Assembly: GCF_018350175.1 (NCBI RefSeq)
Contig: NC_058382.1
Span: forward strand, 58,530,001 to 58,594,000
DNA length: 64,000 nucleotides
Direction: 5' to 3'
Source: Felis catus
Lineage: Eukaryota
In this document: piece by piece, positions 11,857-24,449 of the stretch
Layout of the letters: each line of letters opens with the position of its first letter
Numbering within the stretch: position 1 is the stretch's first letter
Made by a program: the position numbers and the translations under genes
The notes under the pieces: generated by a model
What the model was told of the DNA's origin: nothing
The model's database searches: none
The model's input: the letters and a program-made list of their open reading frames with translations, nothing else

Positions 11857-12589
11857 TCCAGGGCCACCTTCCTTCCTGCCGTCCTCCGTCTGCGTGACCA
11901 CAAGAGCCATAACGAAAGGTCACGCCGCTGGCTGTGTCTCTGTGGGGCCGGGAATGGTGGGTCGGGCTTCCAGCTCTGGAGCTGAGTGAATGAGGGCGGG
12001 TGGGGAAGATCCCCCAGGCCTCAGTTTTCCCATTTGTAGGCTGCTTGTTGGGGGTGAGTGAGTGAGCACCTCGAAGCAACTTGGAACAGTGCTTGGCGAG
12101 CGGGTGGCGGTTTATTGGTGTGAATGGTCATTACCGAGAAGCCGTGCAGGGTCCTGCTTCTGACGCCCCCGGAAGCAGAGCCTGAAGCAAGGATGGAGTG
12201 TTAAGTAGTCTGTGTGCGGAGTCCTGTCAGGAGAGGCTGGTGGGGGGACAGGAGCCCACGGAGGTGACCCCATGGCTACTGGGGAGTGCTCCTGCTGGAC
12301 TTGGGAGGGCCAGGCCCCTGGGAGGGACCCGGACCCGCGCCCACCTTCCTCCCCCAGGTGCCGGTTGAGGCTGCTCCCGGGGGCGTTAGCGACTGGTACT
12401 TTCCCCCTGCCTTTCGTGCAGGAAGAGGGGGCTCTGGCAGCGGGGGATGTCTCGGCCACCCCCTCAGCGGCCGGCAGGTGGGGGTCGGCTGTGTGCCCCG
12501 GAGCAGGAAGGGCCAGGGGACGCGCTGGGGCCCCGGGAAGCTCCACCGAGTGTGGTCACCCTCTCAGCAGAGGCACGATGTGCCAGAGA

Positions 12590-12785
12590 GCCCAGGGTTC
12601 AGCTTCCTGCTCAAGGCTTATTAGCTGTGTGTCCTAAAGAAAATCACTTACACTCTCTGTTCCTCAGTTCCCTCATCTGTAAAACGGGGGTAATCCCCTA
12701 TTTTGAAGTGATTGATCACCTCACAACCACCGATTGTGGGTTACAAGGGCTTACGATAGCACCTGGCCTCAGCAAGTACTGGAAA
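12590..12785 (+). mobile_element. MIR relic
   Basis: ttagctgtgtg...cctcagttccctcatctgtaaaacgggggtaat matches the MIR core. Confidence 0.8.
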
Positions 12786-13107
12786 AAGCATATTTATATT
12801 TATCGTTTATGTAATTAAATTCCTTTATTATTACATATTGATAAGTCTTAGAAAGTAGTGTTGTTTACATGAACTATAAATGATAATATGCAATTATTTG
12901 CAAATTCTTACTCAATAATGTGACAAGTTGTTTATGTACTTGACCTAATTTTAGAATTATTTAATCATCTCTCGTTAGAATCATGTAACTTTATAAATAC
13001 AATAATTATTCATTAGATTATATAACGATTAAGAGTTTGAAACTATGTTATAGTATATAAATATGAAAATAATTATAACATAATTTTTATTATACTGTAA
13101 TTTCTTA

Positions 13108-13319
13108 AAAATTTTTTTTTAATGTTTATTTTTGAGACAGAGAGAGACAGAGCATGAGCAGGGGAGGGGCAGAGAGAGAGGGAGACACAGAATCTGAAGC
13201 AGGCTCCAGGCTCCGAGCTGTCAGCACAGAGCCCGACGCAGGGCTCGAACTCACAGACCGTGAGATCGTGACCTGAGCCGAAGTTGGAAGCTTAACCGAC
13301 AGAGCCACCCAGGCGCCCC
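13108..13319 (-). mobile_element. Can-SINE (SINEC_Fc-like), younger member of a nested pair
   Basis: Full-length reverse SINE ending ...gccacccaggcgcccc, flanked by tgtaatttct at 13096-13105 and 13323-13332. Confidence 0.95.
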
Positions 13320-13332
13320 TAATGTAATTTCT

Positions 13333-13667
13333 GTTTTGAACACTTTTTATTTTTGGAGAGAGAGCGAGAGAGAGCGCGTGCGCACATGTGAGTTGGGGGT
13401 GGAACAGAGAGAGAGGGAGAGAGAATCCCAAGCGGGCTTCACACCCAGTGTGGAGTCCCACGAGGGGCTCGATCCACACCCAGTGTGGAGTCCCACGAGG
13501 GGCTCGATCCACACCCAGTGTGGAGTCCCGCGAGGGGCTCGATCCACACCCAGTGTGGAGTCCCGCGAGGGGCTCGATCCCACGATGCTGGGGTCATGAC
13601 CTGAGCCGAAATCAAGAGTTAGACGCTCAACCCATGGAGGCCCCCCCCCCCCACTGCCGGTGCCCCT
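13333..13667 (-). mobile_element. Older, diverged Can-SINE with an internal tandem expansion
   Basis: Reverse SINE features: gagagaatcccaagc, gtcatgacctgagccgaaatcaagagt, ...gtgcccc. A 19-bp duplication attatactgtaatttctta at 13089-13107 and 13670-13688 brackets both SINEs. Confidence 0.88.
13440..13579. repeat. 4 x 35-bp tandem repeat inside the SINE
   Basis: Unit cacacccagtgtggagtccc[a/g]cgaggggctcgatc starts at 13440, 13475, 13510 and 13545. Confidence 0.97.
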
Positions 13668-14397
13668 GAATTATACTGTAATTTCTTATTTGCTGTCTGC
13701 TCTTCAGCAAAGGCAAGGACCATGTGAACCAGGGCCCGGTGTGCAGAGGTGTGCACTCGGCGTTTGCTGAGCGAGTCCCGGATGTGTGCACGTGGTGGGT
13801 CAGGGCTCTGATGGTGGAGGTGGGTCGGTGGGGAGGCCACCGTGGCACGCGGACGGACGTGGGGGCTGCCTCTCTCTCGCAGGGGAGGCGAGGGCTGCAG
13901 AGGGCAGGTGTTCCAAGCTGCCTGGCCCACAGTAGGTGCTCAAGACACGTTGGCTTCCCCCCCACCCCGGGTCGCCTCCTCCCCCCACCGTGCAGGGTGG
14001 AAGGATGACGGTGCTCTCTGAGGGTTCCGCGGGGTCACGTGAATGCACAGGTCTCTCAGGTTCAAAGCTCTGCTTGGAGGCCCAGGGTCGCTGGCTTCCC
14101 TTCCAGACGGGCTGTCTCCCCTGGGGAGAGGAACCACGTGGGTCTGCAGGGAGAGAGGGGAGGGACAGCAAGCCGCCTCGGAGTGTGGATGCGTTGAGCA
14201 CGCGGGTGGTCTGTGCTCAGGACGTGCAAAGGCTTTTCCCGAATGCCGGGGTGGGTTAGCTGTGTGGATCCAGCTCAGGGTTCTCGACGGTGACAGGGGG
14301 GGATCTGAGCTGCCCTGGATCAGCCTGTGGTGTGGAGCTAGGTTTCCTCGGGAGGGACATTTCTGAGACGGCCCGGCTCCTGGCTTTGCACACGCGT

Positions 14398-14398
<1 letters not shown>

Positions 14399-14431
<33 letters not shown>
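14399..14431. repeat. (CA)16 microsatellite
   Basis: Pure CA run. Confidence 0.95.
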
Positions 14432-14435
<4 letters not shown>

Positions 14436-15688
14436 GTCACTGGGTACCTGAAGGTACCTTTTCACCCAACTGTAAGGACCCGAGGGAGCTGGGAAGAACA
14501 AAGAATCTGGAAAAGAATCTCTCAGGGGCACACAAGGGCTTCCTGTGTTGTTTTCTCGAAGAGCCTCTGGGGGCAAAAATCACGGAGCGCCCGGCCGCCC
14601 CAGATGTGCCCCTCCGCTCGGCATTTCCCCTCCTGCAGCTCCTACACGAGCCCTTCCTTCTGACCTCGTCCCCACTACTCTGTCCAACACGCACATTGAG
14701 CAACCGGGGCCGGTTAGAAATCCCGAGCCCAGAAATAAAGCGACTGTTGCTTTGCTGCCCTTGCTCGTTTGCCCCGGGGTCCCGACAGGGGCAGGGGCGA
14801 TGCTTGCAGGAAGCAGGCGGCCTGGTCTACTGTACATTTCGGAATATTTCAACTGCAAGTCTGGCCGGGCTGTTGCATCACTGGGTCAGGCAGGGCCACA
14901 GGACGGAGGGGGGCGGGGAGCCTGGGGGCTGGGCGGCGGGCCAGGAGGGGCCAGGAGGCTGGGTCTGGAGACCAGGAGGAGGAAGGGGGAGACGGGTGGG
15001 GAAAAGGGCCCCGCCGTCACCGAGGTCCGCGCGCCAAGGGCACATACACGGACGGAGGGCTCAGATCCTGAGTGGGTTGCTGAGTAGCTGTGAGACCCTG
15101 GGGAAATGACCTCCCTTCTCTGAATTTCAGCGTCCTTGGCTCTAAATGATCCGTCACTCCTACCACACGCGGCTGCTGTGGGGGTAACAGCCCTGACCTC
15201 GGGGGAGGTCATCGATGCAGAGCGCTTAGGCCTGGCCCGGTGCTCAAGGTGGTGCATTTGGGCCAGCCTCTTCCTGTGGGCAGGTGACAATTTGGGGGAC
15301 TGCTTAGTGGGCGTGGAATCAGACAGAGGGAGCTAAGAGAGCCCCCAGAGGGCCTGTCCGCTCAGTGCCCACCTGCTCGCTCCCTGGGAAGCGGACCTCC
15401 ATGGACGCGCTGGCAGGCTCCCCCAGCGCCCCCCCCCCCCTTCCAGCCGCATCAGCCCCAGCAGGAAGTCGGAGGGAGGGAGGAGAGAGGCCAGGGCGCG
15501 CACACCCTCGTCTTCTCCCTGCGTCCGCCCGAGTCAGCCATGCTTCCCCCAGTGCGGTGGTCTGCCGGTGATTGTCCCTGGGCTCCAGGCACTGTTCCTC
15601 CTTCTTGTCCCTCTGGACGCCGCCACCTTGGTGACCGCTCTGCTCCTGCCGGTCCTGGCTCCGACGCCATCTTCTGGTGCCCTTAGGC

Positions 15689-15880
15689 CAGGGGTCAGCG
15701 AGTCTGGCAAAATCTGGCCCGCTGCCCGTTGGTGTCAATAAAGTTTTACTGAAACGCGGCTGCACTCGCGTGTTTCCGTGCTGTCTCTGGCCGCTTTTGT
15801 GCTACGGAGACAGAGGTGAGCATTTGCAACCAAGACCGCGCGGCCCCCAAAGCCAGCAGTGTTTACTCTCCGGTTCTCCT
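15689..15880 (+). mobile_element. MER58A-like hAT-Charlie MITE
   Basis: caggggtcagc...aaatctggcccgctgcc...aataaagttttactgaaac...ggcccccaaagcc...tttactctccgg follows the recalled MER58A layout. Confidence 0.8.
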
Positions 15881-17089
15881 TAGCCTTTTGGAGCCGCTTG
15901 TTAAGCTCTGCGTCAGACCCACCCGCACGGGAGAGACCGGACCTTCGCTAACCTCCGCAGGGCCCTCGGCTGGTGCCCGTTCGACCACGGGAGTCCTGTT
16001 CGCGCAAAGGGCTCCTCTTTCCTGAGGTTCTGTGTTCTTGTGGGTGTTGACGACACTCCTTTCTTGGAGGAGCGGGACAGGAGACACTCTTCCTCCCAGG
16101 GCGGCAGGAATCGGGCTCTGAGAGGTGGCACACATTTCACTACGGGAGCGTCCCAGTTCCCTCAGTCGCCAAGGGCTCCCGCCAGGGGGCCGGAGGTGCG
16201 TCCTGTACCCAAGGCAGCGTGTGGACCCCGTGGGACACAGGCCCCGGGGGTTCAGAGGATGGAAATGGAACGTGGGGTGCGGGCAGGACGGGGTAGCCGG
16301 GGGGCGGGGCGGCGTCTCCGGCTGGGGCCTGGGCTTGCGGCAGTGGGCAGGTGGGGGCCCGTCAGGAGGCCTGGGGACGCCACGGGGCCTTTGCGCAGGA
16401 CGAAGACGGCGGGTGGCAGTAGCCGCGTGGCCCACGGAGCGGCAGGATGTGAGCCAACACACAGGTGACTCAAGAGGATACTGTTTTCCGGGAGTTTCGG
16501 GGGAAGGTGCGGGACACAGGCCGTTCTGAAAGTCAAGGTGATTCCCTCAAGGGTGCCTTTCGCTTCCTGAGTGTGATGTGGGCCTGGATCACTTCCCTTC
16601 CCTCGGGCTGCAGGGCCGTTGGCACCAGAGGTCAGCAGGGGGGCCCTGCCTACCCCCCCAACCCTGGCCCTGCCCGGTTTGTGGGAGCACGACTGGGACC
16701 TCTCATGCTCGGTTTCCTCCCCTGGCAAATGGGCGGGAAGCCGCAGAGAGATGGTCCTGGGGAGGGGGCCCTGGACCCTGCCCGGTGAGCCCAGGGTAGA
16801 CGCGTCCTCGCCTTGGCGGGCTCCTGGCTCCTGGCTTCGTCTGCGCCCCTACCGCCCTTCTCTCCCCCACTGAGAGATGGTGTCCTCACCAGCATCACCG
16901 GGGGCCTCCTTACCCACTATCAGGACCGCACAGGAGACTGGCAAAGGGCAGGAGGGCTTTGCCCTGGGAAGGTCAGGAGGGCAAGGGTGGAAGAGGCTGA
17001 GTGGAGGGAGGCGAGAGGCGGCCGGGACCCCGTGGCGGCGGGTGTGATCTTTCTGCCTGGACTCCGTCCTACGTCAGTGGCTCACTGGT

Positions 17090-17450
17090 GGCATCTCCGT
17101 GGCACCTCAGTGACCTCCCTGCCACCTTGGCTGCTCCCATTCTTGTCCCACTTGGCCACTATGAGTGAAGCGGCTACAACGTGCGTGTGCAGGTGTTTGT
17201 GTGGACGTTAGCTCTCAGCTCCTCTGGGTGGGCACCTGGGAGCACCGATTCAGGGCTAGGGTGAGCCGACGTTCAGCTTCGTGACAAAAATGCCCAACCA
17301 TCTTCCAGAGTGGCTGTGGCATTCTGTATCCCCACCAGCAGTGGGTGAGAGCTCTTGGGGCTGAGAAGCTTGATTCTCAGACCTTTGGTCCATCCTGATT
17401 CGACTAGGTGAGTGCGGTTCCCACCTTGGACACGAAGCCGGTGTTAGGTC
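17090..17450 (-). mobile_element. Ancient L1M-type 3' fragment
   Basis: caggtgtttgtgtggacgt...cttccagagtggctgtggcattctgtatccccaccagcagtg resembles antisense L1M 3' sequence. Confidence 0.65.
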
Positions 17451-17741
17451 AAGGTGGCCGAGGACTCGGACTCTGGCAAGGTGTGGGTTGCAGTGGCCCG
17501 GGTCTGCCGTTCTCTCCCGTGTGAACGTGGACAGGCCAGCCAGCACTCCCCACCCGAGCCCGACTCACCCCTCTGTGGACAGGTGGGGACGGGGCCTCAC
17601 TGCTGCAGGTCACGCGGGACAGCGCATTGTGGGGGAGGAAGGCCGCCACGAACATTCGCCGCCATTGTCACTGATGGTGTTTGGTAGAGAAGACTCCTCT
17701 CCCTTGCCCAGAATCTTAGAAGGTTCAAGAGGGAAGGAACT

Positions 17742-18244
17742 TGGGGTAGGCGGGGTAACGCCCCCCGACGATGTCCGTATTTTCGTGCTCAGAAGGAATT
17801 CGTGAGGACGATCCCTTCATGGCCAAAGGCGCTTTGCCGGTGTGGCAGGATCGAGGGCCTGGGGATGGGGCGGTGGTCCTGGATGATCTGGTGGGCCCGC
17901 TGTCCCGGTAGGGTCCTCTAAGGGGGAGAGGGGAGGAGTCAGAGGGAGACTGGAGGGGCCATCCCGCTGGCTTTGGAGATGCGGAGGGGCCACGAACCGG
18001 GGAAGTTGGTGGTCTCTGAAAACTGGAAAAGGGGAGGAAACATGGTTCCCGGAGCCTCCAGAAGGAACCAGCCCAGCTGACGCTTGGGCTCGAGCCCAGG
18101 GAGACCCGTGTTGGACGTCTGACCTCCGGACGTCTGGCCTCACTGTGCACCGAGATGTCAGAGAACAGAGGAGGACACAGTGTGTTGTTTTCAGCCACTG
18201 GGTTTGTGGTCCTTTGTTACAGCCTCGGGAGGAGACCGATTCAG
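17742..18244 (+). mobile_element. MaLR solo LTR (MLT1D-like)
   Basis: gctggctttggagatg...ggagcctccagaaggaaccagcc...tgtgttgttttcagccactgggtttgtggtcctttgttacagc are typical MLT1 blocks. Confidence 0.8.
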
Positions 18245-20479
18245 AACCTCCGTGAGCGGATGGGGAAACCGAGGCTCAGCTTCCACAGTGGGGGCCTGCT
18301 GCCCCACGTGCCTTTCTCAGACCTGCCTTGTCTCCCGTCCTGTCCCATGAGTCCAGGGCCCTGCCAGTGTCACACGGGAGCCAGGCCGCCCGAACGCTTT
18401 GGGGACAGGGGGTGAAAACCCCAAGGTTGAAAATAGCTCTGTACCCTGTGTGGTTAAGTTTCTGCTTCTCGGCCTGCCGTGAGGTCGACAACTCACAAAG
18501 CCACTTCCTTCCCACTCGCTGTTGCCAGCCTGTCCGGACGGGTATTCCCTCCTCTGCCTTCCCTCCGTCTCCGACCCTGCTCGGCCAGACTCTGGCTCGG
18601 CCAGCCCGGGGCCCGCCTTCCAGCTGTCCTCGGAAACATCGGCGACGGGCTCCCGGGGCCGCGGCCCCCGCGGCTTCTGGCTCAGGGGACTGCTTTTCTG
18701 TGTGTGACTAGTACGGTCTTCCTCGTTCTGAGGTTAACGTCGGTCCTTCCTTTCTCTGGTGCGAAATTCAACCATGATGCAGTCACAGCGAAGGCCGTAT
18801 TTCCACTCAAAACCGCTGTGAGCGCAAGGCTTTCTCGAGACGTCTTCCTTAGCTTCCCCTGGGTTCTCGGCCTTGACCTAAAGGAAATTCGTAGTTGGAA
18901 AATCTGAGCAACGTCGTAGGCGCACGGTGTAGCGTGTGTGGGAGGAAAGGAATTATTTTCTAAATGAGGCTAACGATTTCTGTTTCATTTCAGACAGGAG
19001 TGCTTCACAAATGCCAAAGACGTTTTAAAAAGCCTGTGTGCTTACAGTAGAGGCCCAAGCTGCCAGCCGCTAGCTGGGTGTCCAGGTTGCTCCCTGGCAC
19101 GTCACAGGTGCTCAAGGGGGTGTCTGTTGAAGGAACAACCAAAGGACTGTGTGAGTGGGGCAGAATTCGGAAGCGGCCGGAATGTTCCAGAACTTACCGT
19201 CACACTGTCCCTCTGATACGGATCCTTTGTTCTTACTTTGAACCGTTCAGCACACGAGAGTCTTCTCGTGGCCCGAACGCTTGCTGAATGGGGACCGAGG
19301 CGCATGTCACGGGCCCAGAGGGTCGGGCTGGAGCGAGCTTTCTGGGAGTCTGGAGGAGACAGATGACGCGTCTCCCGCTCCCGGACTGGGCCGCCGACGG
19401 TGACGGCTCTGTGGGGGGCGTGGCGTGTAGGGGAATAAATGTGTGTCCTGTGGATGAGCGAGCGTCATCCCAGTTATGAAGGGAACTCGTATTTGTTGAG
19501 TCGCTCCCGAGAATCTCAGCAAAACACTATTCCCGTTGCTCAGATGACAAAACCAAGGCTGAGTGATGTCCAAGTGAGCAAACTGCCCGAGTCTGGGTGA
19601 GCGACCCGGATTTGCCTTGAAGCTGACCAGTGATGGGGACAGCGTGGGGTTCGTCAGCGGACGTCCATCCGCCCACTTCTCCCGTGCTCACCGAGCCCTT
19701 AGTGTGGTGGCTCCGTCACAACCGGTGGACCAGTGTTGACAGGTTCCTGTTAACTAAGCCTGTGCTTAGTTTCCAGCCAGTGTCCTTTTCCTGTTCTAGG
19801 ACCCAAGTTGGGGTCAGTCTTCCTGTGTCCTTAGGCTCCTCTGGGTGGTGACAGTTTCCCGGACTTGCCCCGACAGCACTGAGGGGAGCCGGCCGGGCGC
19901 TTTGCAGACTGCCCGTCGGTTGCGGGTCGTGGGAGGAACCCGGAGGCGAGGGGCACTTCTCAGCACGTCATACAGGTGACTTCTCGCTCAGCACGTCATA
20001 CAGGTGACTTCTCGCTGTGGGTCCTGACCGTGGTCACCCGTCAGGCTTCCCGGACCCCTTTCCACGCTCTCGAAGAAAACAGGTCCCGCTTTCCCGACAC
20101 TGGGGGTCTTTCTCAAGGTAACCGAGGCAGGAGCCGGTGGGGCGGCACTGACCCTGGCCGCTCTGCCTCGGGCACCGGGTGTGCAAGGGGAGCCGTGGCC
20201 GAGTAGGCTCTGTGGCCCTCCCGGCACTGGCCGTCCAGCGGCTCGACGCGGCTCCTCGAGGCGTTCATTAGAAGGTCGATCTGCGTGATCTTTTCACGAG
20301 CCCAGGAGCACGGCGCTCTACCCCTTAAATCCGTTCGGTGGCTTCTGATTGCTTTCAGGGTGAGGACCAAAACCCTTCGGGTGTCTGTAGGACTCTGAGT
20401 GCCCCGCTCCAGCAGCGCCTCGAGCCCTCTCTCGCTCCACACTCCTCCTTGCCGACCCAGCTCCAGGGACGCCGGACTC

Positions 20480-20850
20480 GTTCCAGCACGCCCCACCCCT
20501 CCCGTGCGCCCCAGGGCCTCGGCGCGTGCCGCGTCCTCTGCCTGGAGTCCGCTCCCTTTCTCCCTGGACTGGCGAACCCCTGCTTCCTTCCTTCCTTAAG
20601 TACCGCGTCTTTGGGAAAACCTTTCCCGATCAGCCTCCAGATTAGGACTGTTGCCCCGTCTCACCCTTGCTGAGCGCACCACCTCGTGGAACACTTACGT
20701 ACTCATGCGTGCGAGTTTTTCCTTTTGGGGGGCCTGTCTCCCCTGCCAGACGCTAAGTTCAAGGGGGATGGGCCCATGTCTGTCTGCATCCCCAGAAGCC
20801 TGTGTCACCAAGCGTGGGCTGCTCCGTAAATGCCTGCGGGACGAAAGGCG
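20480..20850 (+). mobile_element. L2 3'-end relic
   Basis: cagggcctc...cctctgcctgga...ctaagttc...tgcatccccag...ctccgtaaatg, a degenerate L2 tail. Confidence 0.55.
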
Positions 20851-21780
20851 TGAACGCAGGAGACCTGGCTCTTGCTCTGTGGGCAACACAGACAGCGGGT
20901 TTCACCAGCAGGGCTCACTGCTCGCGCTGTCCTGACCTTGCCTCCCCCTGCCCTGCCCTCGGAGGGCACACGAGGGTGCACTTTCAAATGGGAGGAGGTG
21001 AGATTTTCGAGTCGGCAAATTTGGGATTTCCAGTCTTCTGTGTGTCCCAGCCTTATCGATCTGGGTCTTACCAAACCGAAGTGAGTGAGATTCGGAGGGC
21101 CTGACCCTGTCGCGGCCTCGCCACGCAGCATCATGGTCTCGCGGACCACACGGCTCCTTCCCTCCTCTGCCGGGACTCCCCCCGTGGCCTGTCCCAGCTA
21201 GAGCTGGGGGGGGGGGGCTGCTGCTCCCTCTTTTGCCCAGAAAGGCCTGTTCCGTTGTAACAGGACTCCTGTGTGAGGTGTGCCTTTTCTGCAGAGAGGG
21301 TTCTGGCTCCCTGATGTCCCACACGTTTGTCTGGGCCTGTCCCCCCCCCGAATCCCTAGAAGCTGCAGCCTCCCCCCAAGGCCAGCTACTCAGAATCCCG
21401 CCTCCTAGCCTCACCCAGCAACTCGCTTTGGCTCATCACCATCTCTTCTTGTCTCCTGTCCCACACAGGGCCCTGCGCTCTCAGCACGTAGCCTCTCAGC
21501 TTCTTAGGGTGGGAGCCTCCTGGACTGGCGGTTCCATTCCTTGGTGATGGTGAGGGACTGGGGGCTCAGCAGGTGAAGGTAGGGTGGGAGTGCGTGTGAG
21601 TCCCAGACCTGAGGTTGTGAGCATTTCAGTCCCAGATCTGAGGTGGTGAGCGGTTTCCTCTTGGGCTGGCTCTGTCGACTGTCAAGTGATGGAGTTTTTA
21701 TAAACACACTATGTTCATTCACTCACTCCTACACCTGCCCACCTATCTACCTGTCCAGCTCCCCCTACCTACTCACAACC

Positions 21781-22145
21781 CATCATCCACCTACCTACCC
21801 ACCCATCATCCATCCATCCATCCATCCATCCATCCATCCATCCACTTGTCCATCCATCCATCCATCCATCCATCCATCCATCCATCACCCAACCATCCAC
21901 CCATCCTCCATCCATCCATCCATCCATCCATCCATCCATCCATCCATCCATCTGTCCATCCATCCATCCACCCCTTCATCCATCCATCCATCCATCCATC
22001 CATCCATCCATCCACCCACCCACCTATCCATCCATCTATCCACCCACCCATCTGTCCTTCCATCCATCCATCCATCCATCCATCCATCCATCCATCCAAC
22101 CATGCATCCATCAGCCAACCATCCACCCATCATCCGTCCACCCAT
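21781..22145. repeat. (CATC)n/(TGGA)n tetranucleotide array
   Basis: About 360 bp of interrupted ccat units. Confidence 0.97.
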
Positions 22146-22858
22146 CAAACCAAGCATGGTACCAGGTTCAGGACACAGGGTACAAGGAGCTGCCCCTTCC
22201 AGGCTGGAGCCCAAAGTATTGGCGATTGCACACAGTTCTAGGGAGCTCCCTTTTAGAGTTCCTGAGACTTTGGGACTTGGCCCTCTCTCTCCTGAGTCTC
22301 TGTGGCCTCCCTGGGCAGGGTACAGATGATGGTTCAAGGTTGGACCAGCACATTTGCATTTTTTACCCTTTTGGTCTCAGTTTTGCAGAGGAAACTTTTC
22401 TGGAAGTCTTAAAAAAACTGAAGAAAACACACATACACAGGAAACCGTGTCTTGTGTTCTTTGTAGCGAGTCTTGTGCTAATTTTGAATCAGTTTTATTT
22501 TTCTTTATTTTTAAACCCTGAGTCTCGAGTGTGAAGAGAGAAGCTTCCTCCAGTGAAGCGGCAACCACCGGGGCTGCAGGGGGTGGGGGGGACGAGAGGA
22601 CCCCCGTGGGGTGAACAGCACACAGAGGCTGGGGCAGGGGCCGGCGGCCCTTACTATCCCGACGCTGGTGTCATGATCGGGGTGTGACTGTGGGGCTCGT
22701 ACATGCTGGAACATGCCGGAAGCCTGGCCCTGCCACCTCCCTGCTCTGTGGCTTCAGGCAAGGGCTTCATCTCTCTGTGCTCGGCTTCCTTGCCTCTGAA
22801 CTGTGGGTGATGCAGTTGGCACCGCTTTCTCAGGGTTATTGTGAGAGTAATGGCAGCG

Positions 22859-22859
<1 letters not shown>

Positions 22860-22899
<40 letters not shown>
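22860..22899. repeat. (CA)19 microsatellite
   Basis: Pure CA run. Confidence 0.95.
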
Positions 22900-22903
<4 letters not shown>

Positions 22904-24449
22904 TCCCCCCGGGACACGAGTTCCCTGCTCATCTGGCCCAGGCAGCGGAGCAGACGCAGGTGCCTGGAGGAAGCTGCCAGGCGAAGAGACACGGGGCACC
23001 TTGTGGGTAAGAGGCTGGGGCCCGCGGCTCCTGCTGTGCAGGGGGTCAGGGGCAGTGCCCCAGGTTAGGGGAACCTCCCTTCTTGGTGCTCAGACCTCCT
23101 CAGCACCAAGTGCGGTCGGGTCGGGTCGCCAGGTGGCAGTTTGTTACTTGGTTTGCCGCCTGTTAAGGCTGAGCTCTGCCAGGCCAGGCCCGGTCTCCTT
23201 GCCAGGCCACCTGTCCCGCCGTGAGAAAGCGGCCACCGCAGGCTGGGGACGCCTAACCCACGTCTTCACACGGGCCTGACGGATTCTGCAGGTATCTAAG
23301 AAACGCCCACCTTGGTAGAAGGGCCACAGACACCTCAAACTCAGCACATCTCAGACCAGGCTCCTTATCTCAGCCACTGCCCTCACTGCCCATGGCCGCC
23401 TCCCTTCCTTGCCCCTGTGTCTCAGCCAAGGAGGCCGAGGACGCTGACATCTGAGCCTCCCTGGCCAGCTTGCCCCCTCCCGGCCAGCAGCTGCTGTTGC
23501 CTGGACCACTGCATATGGTGGGGCAACCTCTCCCTGCAGACACCCGGCCACCCTTCGGATCCGCTGTCTTCATAGCAACTGACTGTCACTTGGCCTCACA
23601 GATCGGACGTCACCGCCCCAAGCCCTGTAGTGATTTAGAGCCGGGCTGTCCCATGCGGTGGCCCCTAGTCCCATGTGGCTATTTAAATTCAGAGTAAGTC
23701 ATGATGGCCTCCCAGTGGGTCTCCAGGCGGCCTGCTCTGCCCCATCGTCCACACAAGAGCCAGAGAGAATGTTCTAGAACCTGGCTTTTATGGGGCCAGT
23801 ACCCATCTCCCACTCTCTGCTCACACGCCCGTCCGCCCCTCTTCTCCCACCTCCCTCCCAAGTGCCTCTCTCTTGGCCCCAGTGTCCCACACCCCTGTGC
23901 CTTCTGTCCCCATCCGTATGCCTCCCTTACTCCTCCTGCAAGGCTCCAGGGTGACAGAGCACTTGGTCCTTGAGTGTCCTTGCACGTGGTGGAGGTCGAC
24001 GTCCAGGCGCTGGACCGCCCGGGGTCGGCTCAGCTGCGCATGAACCACGGGGCTGGTGATATTTTCAGCTCTATGCCGTGTGGATCCCTAACCGGCTGGG
24101 TGTCCACTCTGTACTCTATCTTAACGAGGGACCCCAAGTCAGCAGCAGCAGGTCCCAAGCCCGGACCCACTGGCTCACCGTACCGATCGTGTAAGGAGAT
24201 GGGGAATAGTGCTCAGAGCACGACAGGAAGGCCGTAGCGAAATGCTGGGTCATATTGTGTGATCGAAATGGGTGCTCGATACATCATAGTTATTATCAGA
24301 ATCAACGGCCCCGGTGATGGGCGTGCGCACCTAGTCCTCTCTAACCTTGTGGGGTGGGTGGTACCGTTGCCCCATTTCACAGACGGGAAAACCGAGGCTT
24401 TAGGGAGGCGAAGCGGTTGTGTGTCCGGCAGCGGCCGCTGGTGGGGCCG

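Noticed and set aside
21643..22337. HPSI/MDGW repeat ORFs
   Set aside because: Translations of the (CATC)n array.
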